A stretch of 64,000 nucleotides of DNA from Diplonema japonicum (Eukaryota > Protista > Euglenozoa: Diplonemea): assembly GCA_964019335.1 (NCBI GenBank), contig OZ025659.1:682001-746000 (forward strand), in the 5' to 3' direction. Under the pieces are notes generated by a model. The model made no database searches and was not told the DNA's origin. It worked only from the letters and a program-made list of their open reading frames with translations. The position numbers and the translations under genes are program-made. Below, in pieces: positions 41,349 to 54,121 of this stretch (positions are counted from its first letter, which is position 1; the number at the start of each line of letters is the position of its first letter).

Positions 41349-42656
41349 ATGACTGCAGTGCGTGATCATTATGAGGTGCTCGGTGTGCTGCACAATGCAC
41401 GGCAGGAGGACATCAAAAAGGCTTACAAGAAAGCGGCCTTCAAACACCACCCCGACAAGAACCCCAATGGGGAGTCCATGTTCAAGAAGGTGGCCGATGC
41501 CTACGCCGTGCTGGGCAGCCCCGACCAGCGAAGGAAGTACGACACAAGGCTGGAGGCAGACAGGTTCAAAGGGTGCAAGCCGAAACAGCAACAACAGCAA
41601 CGGGGCAGCGACTGGTACCAGCATTTCAGACCGCAAGGAGAACCGGCGCAAGCGTTTAAGCGACAGCACACATCAGAAGCGCAGGAGAAGCTTTACGAGG
41701 AGATGCTGCGAAGGCGGCGGGAAAAGGAGAGGGAAGAAAAACGACACGCGCAGGAATTTCAAAAACAAGGAATGCAATTTTCAGAATGGTACAAGAGGAA
41801 ATATGCTGAAGCAGAGCAAGCCCTCAAGAAGGCGAAGAACGCCGCACCACAGGCACAGGCACAGGCACAGGCTTCACCACGAAGAGCACACTCCACACCA
41901 CCACCATCAACGCCTGCTACACCAGTCACACCATCGACAATAAGGAGGCAGAGGGCGAAGGACTTCAAGGACAAGGAGGCGAGACGGCAGAAAAAGAAAC
42001 AACAAGCAGAAGAGACCGAAAGGGTTCAAAGGGAAGCTGTAGACAAGGCAGAAAAGGTGGTGCAAGATGTGCGGAGGCAAAAAGAAGAGCTCCGAAAGGA
42101 AAAACAACTGCACAGGCAGAAACACGACGACCACGTTGAAAGAATGAACATTAGACAGCTTCGTGAGCAGCGCTTAAGGGAGGCGGAAGAAGAGGTTGCC
42201 AAGGCTGAGCGACGGATGGAGGAGCTGCAGCGTCGGCAACAGGAAGAGAAGGAAGAAATTGAAAAATTAAGAAAGGCGCGGGAGGAAGCTGCAAAACGAG
42301 AGGAAGACGAGCACAGAAGAAAGCTTCAGAAGATCAGCGAGAATGTAAGAGCGCAGCAAAGACTGTCAGAGGAGCACGCACGGGGACAGCTCAAGAAGAT
42401 GGTATCAGATGCCTCGCAGGAGTCCCGCTGCTTTCGCCAACACATGCAAGTAAAAAAGAAAAAAGTAGAAGAGCAAGAGCAACAGTACAACAATGACCCT
42501 CTTGATGAAGAAGAGCGCATCCTCATGGCTAAGCTCGAGGCTGTTCGTCAGGCTAAACGGGAGGGGCGATTCCCTACCTCTCCTCCTAAGAACGCAGCAC
42601 CATTCCCTCGTGTTTTGTCTCCCATCAGCCATCCCAGAACCCCTAAGAGGGAATAG
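41349..42656 (+). CDS. J-domain (DnaJ class C) protein with long coiled coil
   Basis: DHYEVLGV...IKKAYKK...HHPDKNP...[19 protein letters not shown], followed by an E/K/R/Q coiled coil. Confidence 0.9.
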   Translation: MTAVRDHYEVLGVLHNARQEDIKKAYKKAAFKHHPDKNPNGESMFKKVADAYAVLGSPDQRRKYDTRLEADRFKGCKPKQQQQQRGSDWYQHFRPQGEPAQAFKRQHTSEAQEKLYEEMLRRRREKEREEKRHAQEFQKQGMQFSEWYKRKYAEAEQALKKAKNAAPQAQAQAQASPRRAHSTPPPSTPATPVTPSTIRRQRAKDFKDKEARRQKKKQQAEETERVQREAVDKAEKVVQDVRRQKEELRKEKQLHRQKHDDHVERMNIRQLREQRLREAEEEVAKAERRMEELQRRQQEEKEEIEKLRKAREEAAKREEDEHRRKLQKISENVRAQQRLSEEHARGQLKKMVSDASQESRCFRQHMQVKKKKVEEQEQQYNNDPLDEEERILMAKLEAVRQAKREGRFPTSPPKNAAPFPRVLSPISHPRTPKRE

Positions 42657-43788
42657 TGATCCTCCTTTTTTATTTTTTTTTATTTTTTTTTTTAATAAAG
42701 ACTGTGTTAATGATTTTCTTTTTTTCTTTTACTCGCTTTGTTCTTTGTTTCCTAAAGATTAGTTTTTTTTTCCTTTTTTTTTTCTTATTGTATTGCTTTT
42801 TTTTCCCTTTTTTTTTTCCCTGTTGAATATAGGGAGAATTAGAGGATTTAAAAAAAAAAAGAAAGTGTAGGAGGGAAGGATAAGAGAGGGAAAATCACTT
42901 TTTTTTTGTTGTTTTTTTTTTTGTTGTTTCCCCCTTCCCTCAACACTTATTTTTTATTGTAGAGACAAGGGGGACGTTCCAAGACTGGAACCTCCTTTAT
43001 CTCATCTCTTTTATTTCTTCTTTTTTTTTTTTCTATTATCTTTTTTTTTTTTCTCTCTCCACCTCACCAGTTCGTGGAAAAATTTAGATTTAGTTTTGAA
43101 GACCTTTTGAGGTTTGTTATTTTTCTTTATGGCAGGGGGTTGAAAACCTTGCCCTCAGCATAGTTCGATTTATTGTGTTTTTTTTTTTTTAAACTTTTTC
43201 CTGCTACTCTTCACAAGCAAAATAAAGTGTAGGCACGAAAATGCAAACCCTTTTACCTTGTGGAGAATAGAATTAAAGAAATGCGCCCTTTCCCCCCATT
43301 CTCTTATACTTTTTTTTTTTAAGCTATGGACCTTCAGTTTTTCTTTTTCTTTTCCTTAATAGACTTGCTTCTTCTTTTTTTTTTTTTTTTTTTCATTGAG
43401 TGCTATTGAAAAGTCGCACTCCCAGTTTTCATCTCTCTCTTGTGGGGTGCCGGTCAGCGCGATGTATCTAAAGTCCGCCATAGGCCCGTCACACACATCC
43501 CCCCCACCATTACCCGCATTTTTTTTTTTTTTGGCAGCTCGGCCGGTGAGCGCAAAAACGCATACCTTAAAAGAACAGTTTTTTTTTTTTTTTTTCATTT
43601 ACACCTTTGCTTTCTCTCCCTTTCCTGCCTTGGTCATATTTTTTATGCTTCCCCCCAAAACTCCTCTCCTTGTGATTTTTTTCTTCTTCTTTTTTTTTTT
43701 TTTTTGTTTTTGTTTTCTTATGTTGATATGGGTGATGACAGACAATTGTTTTTTTTTTCTTTTTTTTCTTGCATGGGTACTGCAAAGG

Positions 43789-43823
<35 letters not shown>

Positions 43824-43833
43824 CAAAACACTG

Positions 43834-43908
43834 TTTTTTCTCTCTTTTTCTTCATCATACTCTTCTTTCTGTTTGCTCTCTTGACGCTTCCCTCAATGCC
43901 AACCACAG
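43834..43908 (+). promoter_or_regulatory. Putative trans-splice acceptor (polypyrimidine tract + ACCACAG) for PARP1
   Basis: Long T/C tract ending AACCACAG 7 nt before ATG 43916. I found no coding exon upstream to pair with it. Confidence 0.5.
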
Positions 43909-43915
43909 ACACAAC

Positions 43916-46270
43916 ATGGCAGAGCCGGAGTACACAGGGAACTTCAAGGTGGAGTATGCCAAGTCAGCGAAGGGCAAGTGCTTTGCATGCAAGCAGCAGG
44001 TGGACAAGGACGCCCTACGCATAGGCGCCATCATACAAAGCACGAAGTTCGACGGCACGTACCCCCAGTGGCACCACGAGACCTGCTTCGAGGACACATG
44101 GATGCCCAAGAACCCAGGCTTGTTCACAAGCAGCTTAAAGGTAAGCGGCATGAACGAAATCCGCTTCGAGGACCAAAAGAAGGTGCAGAAGCTGATCAAG
44201 ACACAAGGGGACGAGGAAGAGGGCGACGCGTCCATGGAGGAGGAGACAGAGCTCGACAAGGAAATTGCCGAAGAGTCCAAAAAACTGTGGGAGATCAAAA
44301 CCAGCTTGAAGCACCTCACCAACAAGCAGATGAAGGACCTCCTCGAGCACAACAACCAGCCCCATGCCGGCAAGATCTTCGGCGGTGCAGTGTGCTTGGA
44401 ACGAATCGCAGACGGCATGCTCTTCGGTGCCCTTCCCAAGTGCGACGAGTGCGAGGACGGCGACTTCCGCTTCTCCAGTGGCGAGTACAAGTGCACAGGC
44501 AACATTGACGCCTACACAAAATGCACCAACATCCTGAAAGACATCTCACGCACCCCTTGGAAGATCCCATCCTCACTCAAACAGGAAGACGGTCTCAAAG
44601 GCTACAAGTACAAGAAGCCCAAGAAAGACAAGATCACTGAAGTCCTCGAGGTCGAGAAACGCAAGCGCGACAGTGACAGTGACACGGAACGGGACTCCGC
44701 CTACGCCTCATCAGAAGACGAGGACGCCAAAAAGAAGAAAATTGAGAAGTTGAAGAAGGCCATCAAGAAGCCAAAGAAGGGCTGTTTCGCAGGGCTGCGG
44801 ATCGGGTCTGCCGGGAAGCTGAAGTTGCACACAGTAGACAAGCTGAAGAAGATCGTCGAAACCAACAACGGGACCTTCTCTAAGACAGCGGCCTGCGACT
44901 ACATGGTGACGACGGAAACAGAGGCGGATAGCGGAAAGAAGAAGGTACAGGAGGCAATCAACAACAACACCCCTCTTGTTTCTGAGGAATGGGTCACAGT
45001 GGCCGTGCGTGATGGGAAGATCCCCATGGGCGACGACCTCGAAGAGGTGTGCATCGAGAACATGCCTGAGGAGTCGGAACGGGACAAACGAAAGAGGCTT
45101 GCAGAAGAGGCGGAGATCGAGTACAGGAAGAAGGAGCTGGATAACGAGATGGAAGAGAACTACACAGAAGCGACCAGAGCCCCTGTCGGTGGGAAGACTA
45201 AGGTGAAAGTCAAAGGCGGCGCCGCAGTAGAACTCGACTCGGGCCTTGTAGAAACAGGCCATGTGATGACAGAAGGGAAGGAAATCTACGCTGTAACCAT
45301 GAACAGGGTCGACATTTCAACAGGAAGGAACAGCTACTACATCCTCCAGCTCATTGTGCACGAAGACAAGAAACAGTGGTCCGTGTTCAGAAAATGGGGC
45401 AAAGTGGGGACAACCATCGGCGACAAGAAGCTCGAGAGCTTCCCTGTTCTGTCGACTGCGAAGAGGGACTTCTGCAAGCAATTCAGCGACAAGACAGGCA
45501 ACACTTGGGAGGAGTACATCGACGGAGACTTTGAAAAGAAGCCTGGCCTCATGGAGGTTATCGACATCGACTATGGTGACGAGGAGAAGATGCGCAACCA
45601 AAAGGAAAACAACGAAAAAGAGTACAAGGGCGACCTGCACGCAACGACACAGGAGTTGATAAGGAACATCTTCGACATCCGGGCGATGGAGGACTGCCTG
45701 CTGGAGATGGAGATCGACACCAACAAGATGCCGCTAGGGAACCTCTCGAAGACCACGCTTAAGAAAGGCCTGCAGGCACTGACCGCCATACAGGACTTCC
45801 TGAAGAACAACCCTGACATCGAAGACCTCGACGACAACGAACGTAGAAAAGTAGAGGCAAGGCTCGTAGGACTGTCAAACCAGTTCTACACAAAGGTCCC
45901 CTTATCGAATGAGGGTGGTCCCGAACCGCTAGACACCATGGAAAAGGTGAAAGCGAAGAACACATTAGTGTCCAACTTGCTCGAGCTAGAGATTGCCACG
46001 AACCTCATGGAAGGCGTCGACGACGACACGCACCCCATCGACCACCACTACAGCAATCTAAAGTGCGACTTCAAGGTGGTCCCCAAGAAGTCTAAAACCT
46101 TCAAGACTATCTACAAATACCTCCAAAACACCCACGCCACTACCCACGATATGTACACCTTGGAACTCGAGGCCCTGTGGGAAATCGACAGGGAGGACGA
46201 GGCGGAGAGGTTCGAGAAGTTCGAAAACGACGACAACAGGAAGCTATTGTGGCACGGGTATGATATTCTT

Positions 46271-46311
<41 letters not shown>

Positions 46312-46828
46312 TCACGTATCACCAACTGGGGTGGTATCCTCTCCCAAGGGCTCAGGATCGCACCCCCTGAAGCGCCCACCACCGGGTACATGTTCGGGAA
46401 GGGTGTGTACTTCGCTGATATGTCTTCGAAGTCCGCGAAGTATGTATTTAGTAAACCATGTTCTCACCCCTCCATTTCCTCACAGCTATTGTTACACGAC
46501 ATCTGAAAAATCGACTGGTGTGTTGGTGTTGTGTGAAGTCGCGCTTGGGAAGATGATGGAGTGCACGGAGGCAACCTACGTCGAGAAGCTTCCGAAGGGG
46601 AAGCTCAGCTGCTTCGGGAAGGGACGCATCGCACCGAACCCCAAGGGGGACGTTGTGATGGACAACGGCACCGTGATCCCCTGCGGGAAGCCCAAGGATG
46701 TCATGAGCAGCGAGGACACCTCCCTGCAGTACAACGAGTTCATCGTGTACGACGTCAACCAGGTGCGCATGAAGTACCTCCTTCAGGTGAAGTTTCACTA
46801 CAACAAGGAATGCGGTACCTTCTTCTAG
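43916..46828 (+). CDS. PARP1: Poly(ADP-ribose) polymerase, PARP1-type (zf-PARP, PADR1, BRCT, WGR, regulatory, catalytic); exons 43916-46257, 46311-46439, 46486-46828
   Basis: [14 protein letters not shown] zinc finger; [15 protein letters not shown]; WGKVG; MPLGNLS. Splicing restores [55 protein letters not shown] completes the H-Y-E triad. Confidence 0.95.
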
Positions 46829-47128
46829 AGTGCGGCGCTTGCGTTACGCAAAAAAAAAAAAAAAAAAGAAGGAAAAAAAAAAAAAAAAGAAAACACAATT
46901 TTTCCCAATTTACTTTTTTTTTTTTTTCCCCTCTTTTTTTTTTTCTCTTTTTTCGTCCGACGTCCCGCCGTATATCTTCTATCCTTTTGGTAGTGTGTCT
47001 CGATTTTTTTCTTAAGTTTCTTTTCTTTTTCAATCGTTTTCCTCCCACTTCTAGATTGCTCTTTAAAAAAAAAAATCTTTTTCACGTATTGCAACCCTAA
47101 GCTACCGCAGGTATCAAAAGTAGTAAAC

Positions 47129-48890
47129 ATGGGCTGTTCGGAGAGTAAGGAGGCGCCGGTATGTTACTTTCGATTGTTTGTTCAAACCCAAAAACCATCC
47201 AGAAGAAGCAACCTGTGAAGCAGGAGGCTAAGCCCAAGGCTGAGCCCAAGACGGAGGAGCCCAAGAAGGCTGAGGAACCCAAGGCTGAGGAGCCGAAGGT
47301 CGAAGAGAAGAAAGAAGAAGCGGCTGAGGAGAAGAAAGAAGAGACCCCGGCGCCGGCAGCGCAGGAGAAGAAAGAGGAGAAGAAGGAAGAGAAGAAGGAG
47401 GAAGTACCCAAGGTCAAGGCTGACATGAGGCAGCAGGTGCTGCTCCGTATGGAAATGGCGCTCATCACTGGTGACATCTCGAAGGCGTGCATTGACGCCT
47501 TCAAGGTGCAGTACGATGCCCTCGTCGGTGGCGACACTGGTCTCATCGCTGAGGCAGACATCGCGGCCGCTGACGAAGTTGAGAACCTCCAGCAGCTCGA
47601 CGCGACCGAGATGTCCGAGGTCGCTGAGCTCCTCAACAAGACCGTCATCCTCAAGCTCAACGGTGGCCTCGGAACAGGCATGGGCCTCAGCAAAGCAAAG
47701 TCCCTCCTCGAGGTCCGCGACGGTGAGAAGTTCCTTGACTTCATCGTGAAGCAGATGGAGCACTTGCAGAAGGACTCCAAGGATGTCACCTTCATGCTGA
47801 TGAACTCTTTCAGCACCAGTGGCGACACGAGGGCCCACCTGAGGGAGAAGACTGACATCCAGCACATCATGCAGAACAAGGTCCTGAAGATCAACCAGGA
47901 GACCCTGGGGGTATGTCGCAAATTTTGACAACTACGAAATTTCAAACAGCCTGCGAAACACAAGACAGAGGCGCTGAACTGGTGCCCCCCCGGACATGGT
48001 GACGTGTACGCCGCCCTTCTGGGCAGCGGCAAGGTATCTAGGTCATTCATAGTCAAAAACCACCGCAGCTTCAAGAGCTCATCGACGCCGGTAAGAAGTA
48101 CATCTTCATCTCCAACAGCGACAACCTTGGCGCCACAATCAACCCTGCTATCCTCAGGAACCTTGCCGAGGGCGACAAGGACTTCATCATGGAGGTGTGC
48201 GAGAGGACTGAGGCTGACAAGAAGGGCGGCCACCTTGCGAAGAAGGGCGACGGCCTCGTGCTCAGGGAGAGCGCGCAGTGCCCCAAGGACGACGAGGCCG
48301 AGTTCCAGAACGTCTCGAAGCACAAGTACTTCAACACGAACAACATCTGGCTGAAGATCCCTGCCTTGAAGGCGAAGATGGAGGAGAACGGCGATGTGAT
48401 GAAGCTTCCTCTCATCAGGAACTCGAAGACTGTGGACCCTGTTGACAAGGAGTCCGAGAAGGTGTACCAGCTGGAGTCCGCAATGGGTGCGGCAATCGAG
48501 ACCTTCGGGGAGAAGGCCAAGGCAGTGTGTGTTGACAGGAGCCGTTTCGCCCCTGTGAAGACTTGCAACGACCTTCTGTCCCTGAGGAGTGACGCTTACG
48601 AAAAGACTGCGGACAACACCCTTGTCCTTGTGGCATCCAGGAACGGCATCCCCCCCACCGTCGTCCTGGGCGACAACTACAAGATGGTTGCTGGCTTCGA
48701 GGAACTTATCTGCAACGGTGAAGCCATCCCGTCTCTGAAGGAGTGCGACAAGCTGGTGGTGAACGGTACCTGCCCTCTGAAATTCTCCCCTGGGACTACT
48801 TTCAAGGGTGAGGTGACCATCAATGTGGGTGAGGGGTCCGAGACCAAGACGCTTCCTGCGGGTGAGCACACCGGTGAGGTGAACATCTGA
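47129..48890 (+). CDS. UGP: UTP-glucose-1-phosphate uridylyltransferase with acylation-type N-terminal extension; exons 47129-47158, 47203-47910, 47950-48033, 48069-48890
   Basis: LKLNGGLGTGMGLSKAKS, LMNSFSTS, WCPPGHGDVY, SNSDNLGAT, DKKGGHL, FNTNNIW, QLESAMGAAI, RFAPVK. Three GT-AG introns (44, 39, 35 nt). Confidence 0.93.
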
Positions 48891-49621
48891 GCCTGAAGGC
48901 TCTGTTCGAGGTTTAGTGTGTATTTTTATTATTACTGTTTTCTTATTTTATCCATGTATCTCCCATCTCCCCGATTTGTAACCCCGGACACTGCATCTTG
49001 GGACCTCAACTGGATGCAATCCGACCCGCTTTATCGACCTTCAAAAAAATAACCTAAGCAGATGCTGTATTCAGTGACGCTTGGTATTCTTTTTATTTTT
49101 TATTTTCTTGAAGTTCTTCCTCCCTTTGCTCCGCTCATTTCCCCCCTCATATTATTGTGTTTTTTTTCTTTAATCTCAGTGTTCCTCTGTTTTTTTTTTT
49201 TTTTTTTAACCTTTCTTTCTTTTTTCTTCTTGTCTTTTTTCTCTTTCTTTCCTCGGTTATTTTTGTCTTTTCATGTCTCCTTGGAAAAAAAAAAGAAAGA
49301 AAGAAAAGCAAGAGAAAAGAAAGGATCATGCAACGTACTTAAAAAAAGAAAAAAAAATAATAATTACCTCACTCCTTTACCCCCCCCATTCTTGGGTCCC
49401 TCAGTTACCTTATTCTTTCCAACCCCTCTCCCTGCCCTTTTAAAAAGGGCCCATTAGAAAAATGAACAATGAAAAAAAGTGACACTGCACATTGGCCGGA
49501 TCCGGCTAAAGGCACGTCATCACTCCCGCTTATTCCCCCTCCCACTATTTTTTATTTTTTTTGAATGGGTTGTTTTATCAAACAAGTCACAAAAGATTTA
49601 CTTAGGTTAACACAAAGCACA

Positions 49622-52124
49622 ATGCCTGTTTCGACTAGAAGCAACAGATACCCTTCGTCGCCTGTGAGTGCATCGGGTCGGCCTTCTCTGGGGCAGGCTG
49701 TGGTGCCTCCTGTGAAGATGCCCCTGCTCCAGGCATTGCTGAGGGGGCAGAGCCCAGGGACTGGATCTCCCAGGTTTTACCCCGGAACACCCACCAGCAG
49801 ACGGACGGGTAGCAACCCTGCTGGCATGAGGATGAGAAGCGACAGCAATGCCGCCATGGCCCAGAGCACCCCTGCAGAGAAGAAGTACCTTGCTTCCCCG
49901 TGCACTCCTGTGTCCCCCAGGCTCAACGCGCTTTCAAGGGTGTCGAGCTTCGGTACTAGCAGCTTTCAGCGAACCCCGATGTCCCCCAGGTTCACGCCCC
50001 TCCAGCTGTCCAGGAAGTCTTCCACGGTCTCTTCGAACACCGACACCATTGGCTACAGTGAGGACTCACTCACCAGCAGGAGGTACAACACCCCCAGGAG
50101 GGCTCCTTCCCCTGGCGTCAATTACTACGACAAGCATCACGCCCAAGCACCTATTTCTACAGCGACCCCGGGGTCTGAGCGTCAGGAAAGGAGACGAGCC
50201 CTGTCAGCGCACGCAGGAAGCCGCAACAACAAGGCCCTTCCCTCGAGCGCCTCGACGCAAGAGCTGTCCTCCCTCTCCTCCTCGACCTCGTCGCTCCTCA
50301 AGGGGCTGCTCGACGCCTCGCGCAACTTGTCGTCACCTAAGAAGACAAGCTACATGCCCGCCACCCCTGTGAGGAACCAGACACCTACCAAGCGCACAGA
50401 GGCGACTCTAAGGTCCCCTCTCAATGCCTCTTTCACCTCGTCCTCCGGCTGGTCCACCCCCTTGGCGTCTATGACCACACCCATGGCCTCTGTGGCAACA
50501 CCCGGTGTTGCGTGCTCTGGTATCTACTCCTCGCCATCCACGGCGACGCCTGCCACCCCCGTGCCTGTGTCCACCCGCACGCCTGATGCTTCTTCTTTGG
50601 TATGCCAGCAACCACCTGCAACACTTCTACAGCTCAAGCACGTCGCGCAGTCGCAGCCGCAAGCTGCCACCACCCCAGGCGCAAGGAAGGTGCCGTCGCA
50701 CATCAGCAACATGGTGTGCAGCTGGACAGCAAATGGTCAGGAAGACCAGAACAAGTACTCAGAGAACGGGTACATGAAGGTGAAGAAGGGGATGGTTCTG
50801 GACCAGAGGTACCACGTTATTTCGAAGCTGGGCTGGGGCGAGTTTGCAACAGTGTGGCTGGCATGGGACCAGGAGAGCCTGAAGAAGAAGCTTGACCATG
50901 TCACTCAACAGGTATGTGCTGCCGCCACTTACAATGCATTACAACATTACAGTTCGTTGCGATCAAGATCTCGAAGTGTGCGGAGCACGTGTCCAATGCT
51001 GCCAGAGAGGAGGCGGCGCTGCTAAAATACATCACAAAGCACGGCAGGGGGAGCGGTAGCACAGCACTGTCCTCCGTGCTGAACGTGTTCAACCACATGG
51101 GAGACTACGGCAACCACGTGTGCATGGTGTTCCCTGTCCTGGGACAGAACACCCTGTGCCTAGTAGAGCAGGCACACAGACACAGGAACAAGATCAGAGG
51201 CATCAGCAACCCCATGTCGTGCCCGAAGAGGCCATCGGAGGACGTGGCGTTCGTGAAGTCGTGCCTGCGTGCATGCCTCAGGGCACTCAACGAGCTGAAC
51301 AGGATCAGCGTCGTGCACACAGATCTGAAACCCGAGAACATCCTACTGACGACTGTTTCAAAGAAGACACGTGAGGCGATGAGGGACTGGCAGGAGAGCG
51401 TCGCGAAGCTGCGAGGCACCCCATGGGAGCCAAGCAGGCTGATCGACGCAAGCGACATCCCCGACATGACAGGCGAGAAGGAAGCATCGTACGTGAGGAT
51501 CAGCGACTTCGGGCTCTCGTCGTTGCTGGACCCCAACGCGAAGGAGCACAACATTGGCACCCACGCCAGGAGGCTGCAGTGCAAGAAGAGAGGGGTTGCA
51601 AGCAACCCTTTGGGTGTCATCCTGCAGACCAGAGAATACAGGGCGCCTGAGGTTCTGTTCGGGAACACCATCACACCCACCACAGATGTGTGGTCCATCG
51701 GGTGCATGGCATTTGAGCTGGTGACAGGGACCTTCTTGATGGACCCGAAGAAGGACCCTAAGAGACGCGCCAAGCCTGAGGAGGAAATCAACAACGACCA
51801 CATATCGATGATGCAGCAGCTTATTGGACGTGTTCCCTACACTGTGTCCAAGGGGCCTGGCAAGCATCTCCCGAAATATTTTTCGGCTGATGGTGGCTTC
51901 CTCCAGCAGGACAAGGCCGACAGGTGCTTCCCGAAGAGAAACCTCAAGCAAGAGCTGTTGTTTTTCTTGCATGAAAAGGATGCTGAACTCATGGCGTCTT
52001 TCATTACAGAGTGTCTCGGTTCGTATGATGCCACAGACAGGGCTAGTGCGGAGGTGATGCTTAAGGTGTGTTGATGATATTTAAAAAAAAAAAAAAAATA
52101 CAGCACCCATTCCTTGCGAGGTGA
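49622..52124 (+). CDS. SRPK: SR protein kinase (SRPK family) with long S/T/P-rich N-terminus; exons 49622-50911, 50953-52065, 52104-52124
   Basis: RYHVISKLGWGEFATVWL, FVAIK, VHTDLKPENILL, DFG, QTREYRAPE, DVWSIGCMAFELVTG. The last intron restores the kinase end HPFL. Confidence 0.9.
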
Positions 52125-52165
52125 TCTAAGGAGAAGGATTTCCCCCTCCCCCCTCCCCTTAGAGC

Positions 52166-52205
<40 letters not shown>

Positions 52206-53163
52206 TACTATTCTTTTTTTCGTTTGTATTGTACCTGTCTTCTCATCGTTTCTCCTCGGAGAACAAGGTTTTTTTTTTTTCTTCAGTAAAAAAAAAAAAA
52301 AAAGACTTCCTATATTCCTTTGTTTATGTAATTGTACGGGTTTTTTTTTTTTTTTTGCTGTTTTCTTTGTAGATCCTTTCCTTAAGACTTTAAAAAAAAA
52401 AAAAAAAAAGAAAAGAAACGAGTTTCTTGCAATTGTACATCTTTTCCCAGTTTTTATTTCATATTTCCCCCCCTTTTTTTTAATCCCCTTTTTTGCTTTC
52501 AAGATCTCTTGTTGTTAAAGTCTTGTGAAATAGACGCCCTCCCATCCCCCATTCCTCGCCCCCTCCATTTCTTGTTCCCATTATTTTATTGTATCGAAAT
52601 CTACCTCTCTCTTCTTTTTTTCCCCCCCTCTTTTTTTTCCCCTTACTCTTCCCCTCTTTTCCTTTGTTGCTTTTGGGTGGTGCATGTATGAGGTCAGAGG
52701 CACGCACAATTTTCTTTTGAAGAAAAAAAAGGGATGAAACCAGTTGCCAGGAGGAGAGAACAGAAGAGAATACAAAAAGAAAGAAAGAGGAACAAAAGAA
52801 GCGGCGCAAAAAAAGAAAAGGGAGGATAGAAAAAATGTTTCCTTTTTTTTTTTGTTGTTGTCCTCTTCTTTTTTCCTTGAAAAGAAGGGCCTCCCTACCC
52901 CTCTCCCACCCCTTTTGTACAGAACACGGCCCATCTTTGTTTTTTCTTATGTGTCGTTCTTAATTCGAATTTACTTTTCTCCAAAAACCCTCTTTTTTCT
53001 TGACATATACCAAAAAAGAACAATAAGGGAGGGGAAAAAAAAAAAAAAAAAAAAAAAAGAACCGCCCCATTTTTATTTTCTCTTTTTTATTATTATCGAA
53101 TTCTACTTTTTTTTTCTTTCTATTCTCCTTTTATTATTTGTCGGCTTTCTAGGGGGGAAATCC

Positions 53164-53194
<31 letters not shown>

Positions 53195-53231
53195 GTGGGA
53201 AAGAAAAAAAAGAGGGAAAGTGGAAAAAGAA

Positions 53232-53921
53232 ATGTCCCACAAAAGGAAGTTTAACGAGACGGTGGTGGAAGAGAATGCAAGCGAGTTTGAAAAGAAACAC
53301 GTGCACGACGTGTACAGCAAGATAGCAGGGCATTTCAGCGCAACTAGATACAAAGCATGGCCCAAGGTGGGGGAATTCGTGGGCAGGATGGAAAAGGGAA
53401 GCTTTATCTGTGATGTCGGCGCAGGCAACGGGAAGTCCTTAGCAGGACCGTTAGAAGAAGGGGGTCGTGTCCTGATGGCCACCGACGCAAGCAGAGAGCT
53501 CCTTAGCGTAGCAGACGAGAAAGGAATCGAAGCACAAGCAGCCAATGCTCTACAACTGCCTTACCGACCGGGGACAATGGACTGTGCCATCAACATTGCC
53601 ATGCTGCACCACCTTGCCACCCCTTCTCGGCGTAAGGCCGTGCTTGTCGAGATGGGACGTGTCCTGAGGCCCTCAGGCCGTCTTCTTATCTATGTTTGGG
53701 CCGCAGGTCAGAAACGGTTTGCAGCTGCCGCCTCGCAAGACGTCACTGTCCCGTGGACCCTTCATGACCGCTTTGACGCTGCCACACCTACCCATGACAG
53801 GTACTACCACTTGTTCACGAAAGGGGAGCTTGAAGAGCTCATTGAGTCCACCGGTGCCTTCACCATCACAGAGTCTTACTATGACTGCGATAACTGGTGT
53901 GTTGCTGCTGTAAAGAACTGA
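53232..53921 (+). CDS. TRM9: tRNA (carboxymethyluridine) methyltransferase, Trm9/ALKBH8-MTase family
   Basis: HVHDVYSKIAGHFSATRYKAWPKV, DVGAGNGK, IAMLHHLAT..RR, QDVTVPW, RYYHLF, DNW. Confidence 0.88.
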   Translation: MSHKRKFNETVVEENASEFEKKHVHDVYSKIAGHFSATRYKAWPKVGEFVGRMEKGSFICDVGAGNGKSLAGPLEEGGRVLMATDASRELLSVADEKGIEAQAANALQLPYRPGTMDCAINIAMLHHLATPSRRKAVLVEMGRVLRPSGRLLIYVWAAGQKRFAAAASQDVTVPWTLHDRFDAATPTHDRYYHLFTKGELEELIESTGAFTITESYYDCDNWCVAAVKN

Positions 53922-54121
53922 ACAAGCGCACGCCCCTTCTCTCTGCTCTCTATCCATTGTTGTCGCATGCAGGAGATCAAAAAAGAAAGTCTTATTATTC
54001 TTTTTTTTGAAAGCATAAAAGGGGGGTGAAAGAAGCAAAAAAAAAAAAAAAAAAAGGAGTGCGGGAAGAAGGGGGGAGGGGGGTGGAAGGGGAATTTTAG
54101 TTAGCTGTACCAAAAAAGAAA

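Noticed and set aside
47097-48869. 590-aa minus-strand ORF, and other long antisense ORFs (3453-4454, 3506-4432, 34516-35463, 36043-37230)
   Set aside because: They are antisense shadows of GC3-rich + strand genes (UGP, nadA, ABCC) and carry no recognisable motifs.
16330-53921. AlkB-like domain and Trm9 methyltransferase as a split ALKBH8
   Set aside because: They are ~36 kb and many genes apart, the AlkB domain lacks HxD, and stand-alone Trm9 is common.
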